Positions 1-7,865 of a DNA stretch of 64,000 bases are shown here, piece by piece. The first letter of the stretch is position 1; every line of letters starts with the position of its first letter. Position numbers and translations under genes: made by a program. The DNA comes from an uncultured Gemmatimonadaceae bacterium (lineage in GTDB: Bacteria; Gemmatimonadota; Gemmatimonadetes; Gemmatimonadales; Gemmatimonadaceae): positions 192,001 to 256,000 of the forward strand of contig CAVUDW010000003.1 in NCBI GenBank assembly GCA_963740355.1, in the 5' to 3' direction. A model generated the notes under the pieces. That model ran no database searches. It had not been told where the DNA came from and saw nothing but the letters and a program-made list of their open reading frames with translations.

Positions 1-399
1 CCAGAGCAGTGCGCCGACCGTGATCACGGGGGCCCAGCCGCGCGTACGTGCATCGTGCGGCCACAGCAACCGTGCCAGTGACGCGGTCAACACCAGCGCC
101 ACGACACCGGCCAATGGCGCCACCAATCGCGCCCAGACTGCGCTGACACCGAACACCTTCCAGCCCAGCATCACGAGCCAGAACAGCAGTGGCGGCTTGT
201 GGCTGTACGTCGCGCCGTTGAGGTGCGGTACCAACCAGTCGCCGCGCTGCATCATCTCGAGTGCGACCGCCGCGTAGCGTGTCTCGTCGATCGCCAGCAA
301 GGGACGCGTGTACAGCCCGACGACGGTGATGAGTGCAATCAGGAGCGACGCCACGGTCACCCCGCCACCACGGGGCGCCTGCGACTCGTACACGGTCAC
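1..399 (-). CDS. ArnT/PMT-family (GT83-like) membrane glycosyltransferase, N-terminal part; runs off the left edge
   Basis: Not in the ORF track; translated by hand from GTG at 399: MTVYESQ...PLLAIDETRYAAVALEMMQRGDWLVPHLNGATYSHKPPLLFWL. This carries the DExRY / GDWxxP / KPPL motifs of ArnT-like enzymes and lies directly downstream of the LAB_N and GT2 genes. Confidence 0.88.
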   Translation of the reverse strand, partial: MTVYESQAPRGGGVTVASLLIALITVVGLYTRPLLAIDETRYAAVALEMMQRGDWLVPHLNGATYSHKPPLLFWLVMLGWKVFGVSAVWARLVAPLAGVVALVLTASLARLLWPHDARTRGWAPVITVGALLW

Positions 400-406
400 G
401 TGCGGC

Positions 407-721
407 TCAACGTTCGGTGTTGTCCGCGGACGGAGTCGGCATCGCGTCGCCCTGTCCGTCGCGACGCGGGCGCATGATCAGCATCAGGTTGCGCACGTAC
501 ACCAGCAGGCCGGCGGCCTGGCCTACCATGAAGACCTTGTCCTGTCGATGTATCGCATAGGCGAGCAGGATAACACCGCCGCCCAGCGAGAAGTACCAGA
601 ACGCAACCGGCGTCACACTCTTCCGACGTTTCTCGCTCACAAGCCACTGGATGATGAATCGCGCCGAGAACAGCGATTGCCCAAGAAAACCGATGCCGAG
701 CCACAGGTTCGAGCTCTCCAT
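407..721 (-). CDS. Lipid-A-disaccharide synthase N-terminal (LAB_N) domain small membrane protein
   Basis: GFLGQSLFSARFIIQWLVSEKRRKSVTPVAFWYFSL...GQ...YVRNL is the typical LAB_N signature. Its start overlaps the GT2 stop at 721. Confidence 0.88.
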   Translation of the reverse strand: MESSNLWLGIGFLGQSLFSARFIIQWLVSEKRRKSVTPVAFWYFSLGGGVILLAYAIHRQDKVFMVGQAAGLLVYVRNLMLIMRPRRDGQGDAMPTPSADNTER

Positions 722-1545
722 CAGCCGCCCCCGGTGCGCTTCCGTTCCGGGTGCTCACTGACGATCGGCACCTTCGCCCGCCGTGCAAGCCACACCACGC
801 CTGCCATATCGACGAGACCAGTCCAGAGGCGATTCATCAAGCCGTAGTGCGACTGCCCCCGTGTGCGCGGGCGATGGTTGACCGGCACCGACTCGATCGT
901 TCCCCCTTCTCGCCGCACCAGTGCCGGCATGAACCGGTGCATGTGGTCGAAGTACGGCAGTGCGACGAAGGTCGCGCGCGAATAGACCTTCAGTCCACAC
1001 CCGGTATCCGGCGTGCCATCGCGCAACAGCCGTGAGCGCACACCATTGGCAATCCGCGACTGCCAGCGCGTGAAGCCGGTATCGCGCCGCTTCGTTCGCC
1101 AGCCGGCGATCAGGACGCAGTCATCGCCCCGCTGCGCCGCCAGCGAGCAGGCGCGTGTCAGCAGCGCAGGAATGTCGGCGGGATCGTTCTGCCCGTCGCC
1201 GTCGAGGGTGGCGATCCATCGGCCTCGCGCTGCAAGCACACCAGTGCGAATCGCGGTGCTCTGCCCCGCGCTGCGGTCGTGGCGCAACACGCGCAACGCG
1301 GTGACCTGTGGCTGCATCAGTCGCAGCGCATCACCGGTGCCGTCACTGCTGCCATCATCGACATAGATGATCTCATACGACACGACACCCGAGAGCGCAG
1401 CCACGATCTCGGTGATGAGCGGCTCGATGTTCTCGCTCTCGTTGTGTACCGGCACCACGACGGAGAGTTCGAGCCACGGCTCGCGCGCGGCCTGCGCAGA
1501 CGCAGACCGCTCGGCAGGTGCGACGATATCTGTTGGATTTCGCAT
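721..1545 (-). CDS. Glycosyltransferase family 2 (polyprenol-phosphate glycosyltransferase, DPM1/ArnC-like)
   Basis: SVVVPVHNE, VDDGSSDGT, GQSTA, TLDGDGQNDP, DTGCGLK, HRFMPAL, VNHRPR motifs. Start trimmed to ATG 1545 (MRNPTD). Confidence 0.92.
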   Translation of the reverse strand: MRNPTDIVAPAERSASAQAAREPWLELSVVVPVHNESENIEPLITEIVAALSGVVSYEIIYVDDGSSDGTGDALRLMQPQVTALRVLRHDRSAGQSTAIRTGVLAARGRWIATLDGDGQNDPADIPALLTRACSLAAQRGDDCVLIAGWRTKRRDTGFTRWQSRIANGVRSRLLRDGTPDTGCGLKVYSRATFVALPYFDHMHRFMPALVRREGGTIESVPVNHRPRTRGQSHYGLMNRLWTGLVDMAGVVWLARRAKVPIVSEHPERKRTGGG

Positions 1546-1731
1546 ATCGATGACTGAGCAGCGGAGGAAGTCTCCGCATCCTTGAATGGTAAGTGAATCC
1601 GAAGTGGTGGGCGACCAGCCAGTTGGCCGGGTTGGCGGGTGGCGCCAGACTCGGCAATCGCCCATCCTGCGGGACCTCTCCACGTACACTTGAGACCGAA
1701 AATCCGCTGATATGTCATCTCCCCTGTTCGA

Positions 1732-2757
1732 GTGCCCTCGGCGCCCCGCCTCGCTCCGGCCGCAATCGCGTTGATCCCGACCATCATCCTGCGTCAGGTG
1801 CGCCGCGGCTTCGGCCTGCCGCGGGGCTCGGTGCGCGTGCTCAGCACACGTTTCGGCAAGGTCTGCCTCGCGCACCGGGCGAGCGACGGAACGCACACGC
1901 AGTTGCGGTTAGTGCAGGAAGTCGCGGACACGGCGTCACGGCTCGAGTCGGAGACAGCGTGGCTCACATATCTCGCCTCCCGCCACGCTCTCGCAGTCCC
2001 GGTGCCGATGCGCTGGGGTGGCGGTGCGATGGTCTCACCGCGACTGTCCGATGGCACCGATCAACCATGGCGCGCGATTGCCTGCAGCTGGGTCGCGGGA
2101 CGGCACCTCAACCGCGGGCTTCGCGCGAACGACTTCGTGCGCGCAGGTGCGTTGCTTGCTCACCTCCACCTGGCCAATCGCGATGCCCCCGAAGCGATTG
2201 CCGCGGCACGGCCCACGTGGGGTGTGCCGCGACTGTTCGAGCTGGCCACGACACTGCGCGACCTGATTCGCGCCGGCGCAGAGCCGCCAGCCGTGTCGAC
2301 TGCGCTCGCCGAGGCATTGCGCGGCGCACACAGTGCGCTGATGCAGGCGTGGGATGCGCTCCCAGCCGGACCGACCGACGTCGGCCTGATTCACACGGAT
2401 GCGCACTGGCAGAATCTGCGCTGGACCCGTGGCCGCGTCGGCCTGGTCGACTTCGAGGACTTCGCCACCGGGCGCTTCATGCTCGACATCGCCTGCCTGT
2501 GGGGCAAGGTCGAATTTCAGCCCGGCAGCCGAGCCTTTCTCGTCGCAATCCTCGAGGGCTACGACAGTGTGCGGCCGCTGCCTGGTGGGGCGCGGCGTGA
2601 CCTGCACGTGATGCTGGCCTTTCGTCGCTTCGACTACGCCGGCTGGGTGCTGAGCTGGCCCCGCGTCGACCTGCACCACTGGGGACCGGACCTGCTTCGT
2701 ACGGCGCCGGAGTACATGCGAGCACATCTCGCGGCCGCAGCCGCGTCAGCGAGCTGA
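1732..2757 (+). CDS. Aminoglycoside-phosphotransferase / choline-kinase-like phosphotransferase
   Basis: Brenner motif LIHTDAHWQNL and metal-binding LVDFED; LAHLH helix; GYDSVRPL. Start codon uncertain. Confidence 0.8.
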   Translation: MPSAPRLAPAAIALIPTIILRQVRRGFGLPRGSVRVLSTRFGKVCLAHRASDGTHTQLRLVQEVADTASRLESETAWLTYLASRHALAVPVPMRWGGGAMVSPRLSDGTDQPWRAIACSWVAGRHLNRGLRANDFVRAGALLAHLHLANRDAPEAIAAARPTWGVPRLFELATTLRDLIRAGAEPPAVSTALAEALRGAHSALMQAWDALPAGPTDVGLIHTDAHWQNLRWTRGRVGLVDFEDFATGRFMLDIACLWGKVEFQPGSRAFLVAILEGYDSVRPLPGGARRDLHVMLAFRRFDYAGWVLSWPRVDLHHWGPDLLRTAPEYMRAHLAAAAASAS

Positions 2758-2788
2758 GGCTGACTCACCGTCGGCGTGGGCCGTCGAC

Positions 2789-3535
2789 TCACGACGGACC
2801 GCGCGGGACGACCTTGAGTGACATCGTGTCGACTGCCGCCAGCGACAAGGTGTCGACGCGAAGTGGCGTCCGCTTGTCTCCGAACTCAACTGGCGTCTCG
2901 CCATCACCGAACCCCGCGACGAGAATCTTCCCGCCCTCGATCCGGCCGAGTGCGTGCAGCGCGCGGAAGACCTGCCCGCGGGCGGGATCGACCACCGTGA
3001 CGTGCAGGCTGCCCTGTCCCCCATCGCGCATGTGCACCAGCAACGCGCGGCGGCCAGCCACCTCCAGCAGCTCCACCCGAACGATCGGGAAGTAGTCCGC
3101 GACCACCCGTCGGCGCGCGCCCGTGGCAAGATCGATGACCGTCAGCGATTGCCCTTCATTCTCGAAGCCGCCGGCACCGTCCAGCCCCGAGACCGCCACC
3201 AGGCCGCCGCCGAGTTTCCAGACACGGTACGCGCTGTCGCTGACGACGATCGTATCGCCGGACGTGAGCGTCACCACGGCTGGGCCGACGCCGAAACTGG
3301 TCGTGTCGCGTCGCACGACGATGCGGCTCACACTGACGTTCGGGCGGGCGGGCAGCGCGGTCAGTTCCAGCGGCATCACGGGAACCGGGGCCGGCCGCTC
3401 GACGGTCGGGGCGGCGGCCGAATCCTTCCGCGGCGCATCGGCGCCAGGTCCGGCGCAGCCGGAAAATCCGACGATGGCGACAGCCGCCAACAACGCGACC
3501 TGTCGCCCTGACGTAGGTAGGTGGAGTGGCGTCAT
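2789..3535 (-). CDS. Hypothetical lipoprotein
   Basis: Signal peptide with lipobox-like VALLAAVAIVGFSGC, a Pro/Ala linker and a beta-rich body. Start trimmed to ATG 3535. Confidence 0.7.
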   Translation of the reverse strand: MTPLHLPTSGRQVALLAAVAIVGFSGCAGPGADAPRKDSAAAPTVERPAPVPVMPLELTALPARPNVSVSRIVVRRDTTSFGVGPAVVTLTSGDTIVVSDSAYRVWKLGGGLVAVSGLDGAGGFENEGQSLTVIDLATGARRRVVADYFPIVRVELLEVAGRRALLVHMRDGGQGSLHVTVVDPARGQVFRALHALGRIEGGKILVAGFGDGETPVEFGDKRTPLRVDTLSLAAVDTMSLKVVPRGPS

Positions 3536-3652
3536 GCGTGCAGGATAGTCACCACGGCAGGGCGCTGATACGGCACCGACAGCGGCGCACATTGACAGAT
3601 TGCCCGATCTGGCGTGCAGATTTGTGTACGAACCCCACCGGAGGCAGGAACA

Positions 3653-3835
3653 GTGAAGGACAACCAGCTCCAGAAGCTGCTCAAGAAGACGCAGGCGCAG
3701 GCCGCCGCGAAGGCCGCAAAGCCACGTCCATCGTTCGACGCCACGTTAGAAGCGACCAAGAAGCCGGGCGGCGAAGACGGCCCTGGGGCCGACGCGGAAG
3801 AGATCTTCAAGGAGATGAAGCGTCGGGAGTTCTGA
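3653..3835 (+). CDS. Small (60 aa) charged hypothetical protein
   Basis: GTG at 3653 preceded by GGAGG/AGGAA; GC3-rich codons; MKDNQLQKLLKKTQAQAAAKAAKP...EEIFKEMKRREF; followed by a hairpin. Confidence 0.7.
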   Translation: MKDNQLQKLLKKTQAQAAAKAAKPRPSFDATLEATKKPGGEDGPGADAEEIFKEMKRREF

Positions 3836-3841
3836 TGCGAT

Positions 3842-3860
3842 GATGGGGGCTGCCCCCATC
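3842..3860 (+). terminator. GC-rich hairpin after the small ORF (probable terminator)
   Basis: GATGGGGG-CTG-CCCCCATC, a perfect 8-bp stem 6 nt after the stop. No strong U-tract. Confidence 0.5.
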
Positions 3861-3901
3861 TGGTGACGGCGAGGGGCATCGACATTCCTTGCGTGGGTCC
3901 T

Positions 3902-3928
3902 TCAAACACCCCGGGAAGCGGTCGATAC
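3902..3928 (+). promoter_or_regulatory. Sigma-28 (FliA/WhiG)-like promoter
   Basis: TCAA-N15-GTCGATAC ending 10 nt before the ATG of the PAS-GGDEF-EAL gene; compare the consensus TAAA-N15-GCCGATAA. Confidence 0.65.
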
Positions 3929-3938
3929 CCCAAGGGAG

Positions 3939-6638
3939 ATGCTGCACTCTCCCCACGCCCCGCGACTCGACCGCGGCTCAGTCCTCACGCTCAGTCGTGT
4001 GCGGATTGCCTGCGTCGTCGTCATCCTGCTGCTGTGTGTGACCGCCACGCTGGCCGGCCTTGGCCTGTCCTGGTATGCCGCGCTCCTGACGCTGGCGTGG
4101 CTGGTGGCGTCGGGGGTCCAGGACCGCCTGCTTGCCGCACGCCATGACGCGGCACGTGTCGAGCGACTCGTCTTCGGCTCGCTCTGCCTCGACGGCACGA
4201 TGGTCGCGGCCCTTGTCGCATTCACTGGCGGTATCTGGTGGTGCGGTTCGGTGATGTTCGCGATCGTGACGGTGGCGGCTGCATCGCTACTGCCTCGGAA
4301 TCGGGTCCTGTTGGTCGGGCTGGTCTGCGGCGTCTCGTCACTGCTTTTCGCCGGCTTGCAGGTCGCTGGGCACCTGCCCAGCAGCGCATTCCTCAACGCT
4401 CCCACGATGCGTGGCGCCTGGTCGGCGGCGATCGCCGGCTCGATCCTGGTGTCGATCGAGATGTATGGGCTGGGGTGGACCCAGTACAACCTCACGATCC
4501 TGCTCCGCCATCGCGCGACTCGGTATCGAGCGCTGATGGATACGGCGTCCGACCTGTTCATCGTCCTGACGGCGGAGGGCCGCATCACGCACGTGAATCG
4601 TGCGACGCTCGCCCTCTCGCAGTGCGAACGCAAGGAGATGCTGCGCGACGGAATCGGCCGCCTGTTGGTGGACGAGGATGTGGCATTCTTCCGCAGTCGC
4701 GTGACCCGCGCCATCGGCGGCGAGCAGCAGACGATGATGCTGCGCGCGAAGGCCTATCATGGCATCCGGTGGCTGTCATGCACGCTGGCGCCGATGTCCC
4801 CTGGGCATCGCACGACGGACCTGCTCGCGATCTTCAGGGATGTCACCGATGACCGCCTCGCGGCTGACACAGTGCGCAGCAGTGAAGCGCGGTTGCGCGC
4901 GGTGTTCAACCAGGCCGCCATCGCCATCGCACTGCTCGATCTCGACGGCTTCTTCGTCGAGGTGAATCCGGCGGTGGAGCGGCTGCTCGGGTACGATGGC
5001 GTGAGCCTCATCGGACGTCGATGGAATGCATTCTCTCCGCCGGAGGACCTCGAAGGCACCGCCTCGATGATCTCCGAATTGAAGGGGCATCAGCGCGACA
5101 ACGTGACGATCGAGCAACGGTTCGTGCGCAACGACGGCCGCGTGTTGTGGACCATGCTCACGATCTCGCGCGTCGACAACCCGACCGGATCCGCTGGCCT
5201 GATCGCGATGTTGCAGGACATCACGGAGCGCCGGGCACTCGAGGCGCAGCTGACCTGGCAGGCGTATCACGACCCACTCACCAACCTCGCCAATCGTGCG
5301 CTCTTCCGCGAGCGCGTGGATCGCGCCCTGACGCAGCGCGACGCGACGCCTGGCACGGTCGCGGTGCTGTTTCTCGATCTCGACAACTTCAAGACCATCA
5401 ACGATTCGATGGGCCACGCAGCTGGCGACCTGCTGCTGTTCGAAGTCGGACGGCGCCTGCTCAACGCGACGCGTGGCTGTGACACCGTGGCGCGGCTCGG
5501 CGGCGACGAGTTTGCGATCCTGATCGACAACGTGCGGGCGGCCAGCGACTGCGTGCGCGTGGCGGAACGCATCCTGCACTCGATGCAGACCCCCGTGCAG
5601 CTCGACGGCGCGGAAGTGACCGTCAGCACCAGCATCGGCATCGTTCGCGATGCAGGCGATGAAACGGCGGACGATATCCTGCGCAATGCCGACGTGGCGA
5701 TGTACAACGCCAAGCAACGCGGCAAGGGACGCCATTCGTTGTTCGAGCCCGGGATGCACGACAAGGCCGTGGAGCGACTGCGATTGCAGACCGACCTGCG
5801 GACAGCGATCGAGAACAACGAGATCACGCTCTGCTTCCAGCCCATCGTCTGGCTCGAGGACAGCAAGCCGTGCGGTTTCGAGGCCCTCGCGCGCTGGACG
5901 CACCCGGAATTCGGCTCCGTTCCGCCAAGCACCTTCGTGCCACTGGCGGAAGAAACCGGCATGATCGTCGCGCTGGGATCCAGCCTGCTCCGGCAAGCCT
6001 GTCACGAAGCCACGATCTGGAACGAGACACCAGGGCTTCGACACCCGATCGGCATCACCGTCAATCTCTCCGGGCGCCAGCTCGAGGAAACGTCGGTGGT
6101 GGCCCACGTCCGCGAGGCGTTGCAATTCAGCGGACTCGATCCGGCGCGCCTGACGCTCGAGATCACGGAGACCGCGCTCGTGCACAACTCGGAGACGATG
6201 CGCGAGCGACTCTTCCAGCTCAAGGAACTCGGCGTCTCACTGGCGATCGATGACTTCGGCACCGGCTACAGTTCGCTGAGTTACATCCAGCAGTTCCCAG
6301 TCGATGTGCTGAAGATCGATCGCAGCTTCGTGGAGGGACTCGGTCGCTCGACCGGCACGGATGCGGCGCTGGCACGGACAATCATCGCGCTGGGTGCCTC
6401 ACTGCGCCTTCGCACCGTGGCCGAAGGGATCGAGGACGAGGCGCAACGCGCGATCCTGCGCGAGCTCGGGTGCGAACTTGGCCAGGGATATCTCTACGCC
6501 AAGCCAATGCTCGCGGAAGAAGTCCGGCCGTGGTTGATCGAGGCACTCGGCATCGTCCGGCCGCGCCCGATGCACAGCGACGGGACGATACGCCCGACGC
6601 CGCGCATCACCGGCGACATGGTGCGAATCAGCGCTTGA
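3939..6638 (+). CDS. Membrane-anchored PAS-PAS-GGDEF-EAL diguanylate cyclase/phosphodiesterase
   Basis: About 5 N-terminal TM segments, two PAS domains, AYHDPLTNLANR, FLDLDNFK, RGCD I-site then RLGGDEF, GFEALARW, DDFGTGYSSL, KIDRSF, AEGIE. AGGGAG RBS. Confidence 0.95.
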   Translation: MLHSPHAPRLDRGSVLTLSRVRIACVVVILLLCVTATLAGLGLSWYAALLTLAWLVASGVQDRLLAARHDAARVERLVFGSLCLDGTMVAALVAFTGGIWWCGSVMFAIVTVAAASLLPRNRVLLVGLVCGVSSLLFAGLQVAGHLPSSAFLNAPTMRGAWSAAIAGSILVSIEMYGLGWTQYNLTILLRHRATRYRALMDTASDLFIVLTAEGRITHVNRATLALSQCERKEMLRDGIGRLLVDEDVAFFRSRVTRAIGGEQQTMMLRAKAYHGIRWLSCTLAPMSPGHRTTDLLAIFRDVTDDRLAADTVRSSEARLRAVFNQAAIAIALLDLDGFFVEVNPAVERLLGYDGVSLIGRRWNAFSPPEDLEGTASMISELKGHQRDNVTIEQRFVRNDGRVLWTMLTISRVDNPTGSAGLIAMLQDITERRALEAQLTWQAYHDPLTNLANRALFRERVDRALTQRDATPGTVAVLFLDLDNFKTINDSMGHAAGDLLLFEVGRRLLNATRGCDTVARLGGDEFAILIDNVRAASDCVRVAERILHSMQTPVQLDGAEVTVSTSIGIVRDAGDETADDILRNADVAMYNAKQRGKGRHSLFEPGMHDKAVERLRLQTDLRTAIENNEITLCFQPIVWLEDSKPCGFEALARWTHPEFGSVPPSTFVPLAEETGMIVALGSSLLRQACHEATIWNETPGLRHPIGITVNLSGRQLEETSVVAHVREALQFSGLDPARLTLEITETALVHNSETMRERLFQLKELGVSLAIDDFGTGYSSLSYIQQFPVDVLKIDRSFVEGLGRSTGTDAALARTIIALGASLRLRTVAEGIEDEAQRAILRELGCELGQGYLYAKPMLAEEVRPWLIEALGIVRPRPMHSDGTIRPTPRITGDMVRISA

Positions 6639-7101
6639 CCGTCTTGGTCGCGGGCTTGGTGGCGACCTTCTTTGCCGGCGCCAGTCGAGTCCGCCCGTTG
6701 CGCGCCTTGGACGCCATGTCCGCGACCGTCTGGTGCTCGAGCAGGAATGCGACCTTCTCGCGCAAGGGCATCCACCGCTCGTGAATCGGGCAGGCCGCGT
6801 GGTCGGTGCACTTGCTGAGGCCAAGCAGGCATCCCGTGAACGGATCGTTGCCATCGGCCACCGTCACGATCTCACGCACCGGTGCATCAAGGGCGCGCTT
6901 CCGGATGCGATACCCGCCCCCACGGCCCTTGGCGCTATCGAGGTAGCCCAGCTGCGCGAATCGCTTCAGCACCTTCGCCAGATACGGCCCGGGCACCTCG
7001 AGGTGCGTGGCGACATCACGGTTGAGCCGGAACACGCTGGGGGTCAGCGCGAGGTGGATCAGCGCCTGCAGCGCGTATTCTTGCGTCTTGCTGAAGAGCA
7101 C
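6628..7101 (-). CDS. Rrf2-family transcriptional regulator (Fe-S type, three Cys)
   Basis: FSKTQEYALQAL, wHTH YLAKVL, SAKGRGGGY, CLLGLSKCTDHAACPIH. Start trimmed to GTG 7101; Lys-rich C-terminal tail. Confidence 0.92.
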   Translation of the reverse strand: MLFSKTQEYALQALIHLALTPSVFRLNRDVATHLEVPGPYLAKVLKRFAQLGYLDSAKGRGGGYRIRKRALDAPVREIVTVADGNDPFTGCLLGLSKCTDHAACPIHERWMPLREKVAFLLEHQTVADMASKARNGRTRLAPAKKVATKPATKTVKR

Positions 7102-7752
7102 GTGGTGTCTGCGAGAGGTGGAGGTACGTGTGGCCGGGAGGCCGGCCGCCATGCAAACGATCGCACCGGGGTCTGACCCTGGTGGCCGGGCGAGACAGGT
7201 GTCGTATCGGGCGCGATGGCCGATGACGAACACAACTCCTGTATGGACGGCCGGACGCAGACATTTTCCGGACGGTGTCCATCGGCGAACACAGGACCAT
7301 CGGGCCCGAAGGTCACCAGAGCAAGCGTCTCGGTTTTTCAGTCCAGTAGCATACGATGTCGAATACTCGCTAGAAAAGCGGATTCGTCAATGCGCGTCGC
7401 TTTCAGGCCGTGTGGCGACGATCGAGTGCAATTCGTGTGTGCATGCGCGCATTGCACACGGCGCCACATTCATTCGACATCGGCCTGACGTCGACAACGG
7501 TCTGGATTCGTCACTGAGGTGACGGCGGATCAATGTGTACGATCGACATGAAGCGCGGATTGGGCGCGGGAGGAGCGTGCGTGAGACGAACGCGACGCAT
7601 CTCGGTCACGCGCAGCGACGTGCGCTTCCGTGCGCGTGGAAAGGCGCCCCGCCCGGGTTGATGCTGCAGTTGTGCGCACGGTCGCGGCGGTACGCTCCTC
7701 CAGCGGGCTCACGGACGCCTCACGCGCGCCGTGAACCGGGGCAAGGGGCGAA

Positions 7753-7802
7753 TTCGCACCCGATTCACGCCAGTTTCACGGTGAATTCGGAGGATTTTCT
7801 CG
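7753..7802. repeat. Five TTC-led units phased at exactly 11 bp (candidate transcription-factor binding array)
   Basis: TTC starts at 7753, 7764, 7775, 7786 and 7797 (TTCGCA, TTCACG, TTCACG, TTCGGA, TTCTCG). Confidence 0.45.
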
Positions 7803-7865
7803 GACGAGGAGCCTACAACAGCCAGGTCGCTGGCGCGCCCCCAACGACCTGTCTGCCGAGCTCGG

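Noticed and set aside
1732..2757. Antibiotic-resistance (aminoglycoside kinase) call
   Set aside because: Only the general APH/choline-kinase fold motifs are visible; the substrate cannot be assigned.
7600..7660. GGTCACGCGCAG, resembling the 5' end of a c-di-GMP-I riboswitch
   Set aside because: The conserved GGCAAA / GNRA tetraloop / GCAAAG core and the second stem are absent.
7530..7712. 60-aa minus-strand ORF and other short ORFs in the long intergenic region
   Set aside because: No RBS, Arg/Ala/Ser-rich random-like composition, no codon bias.
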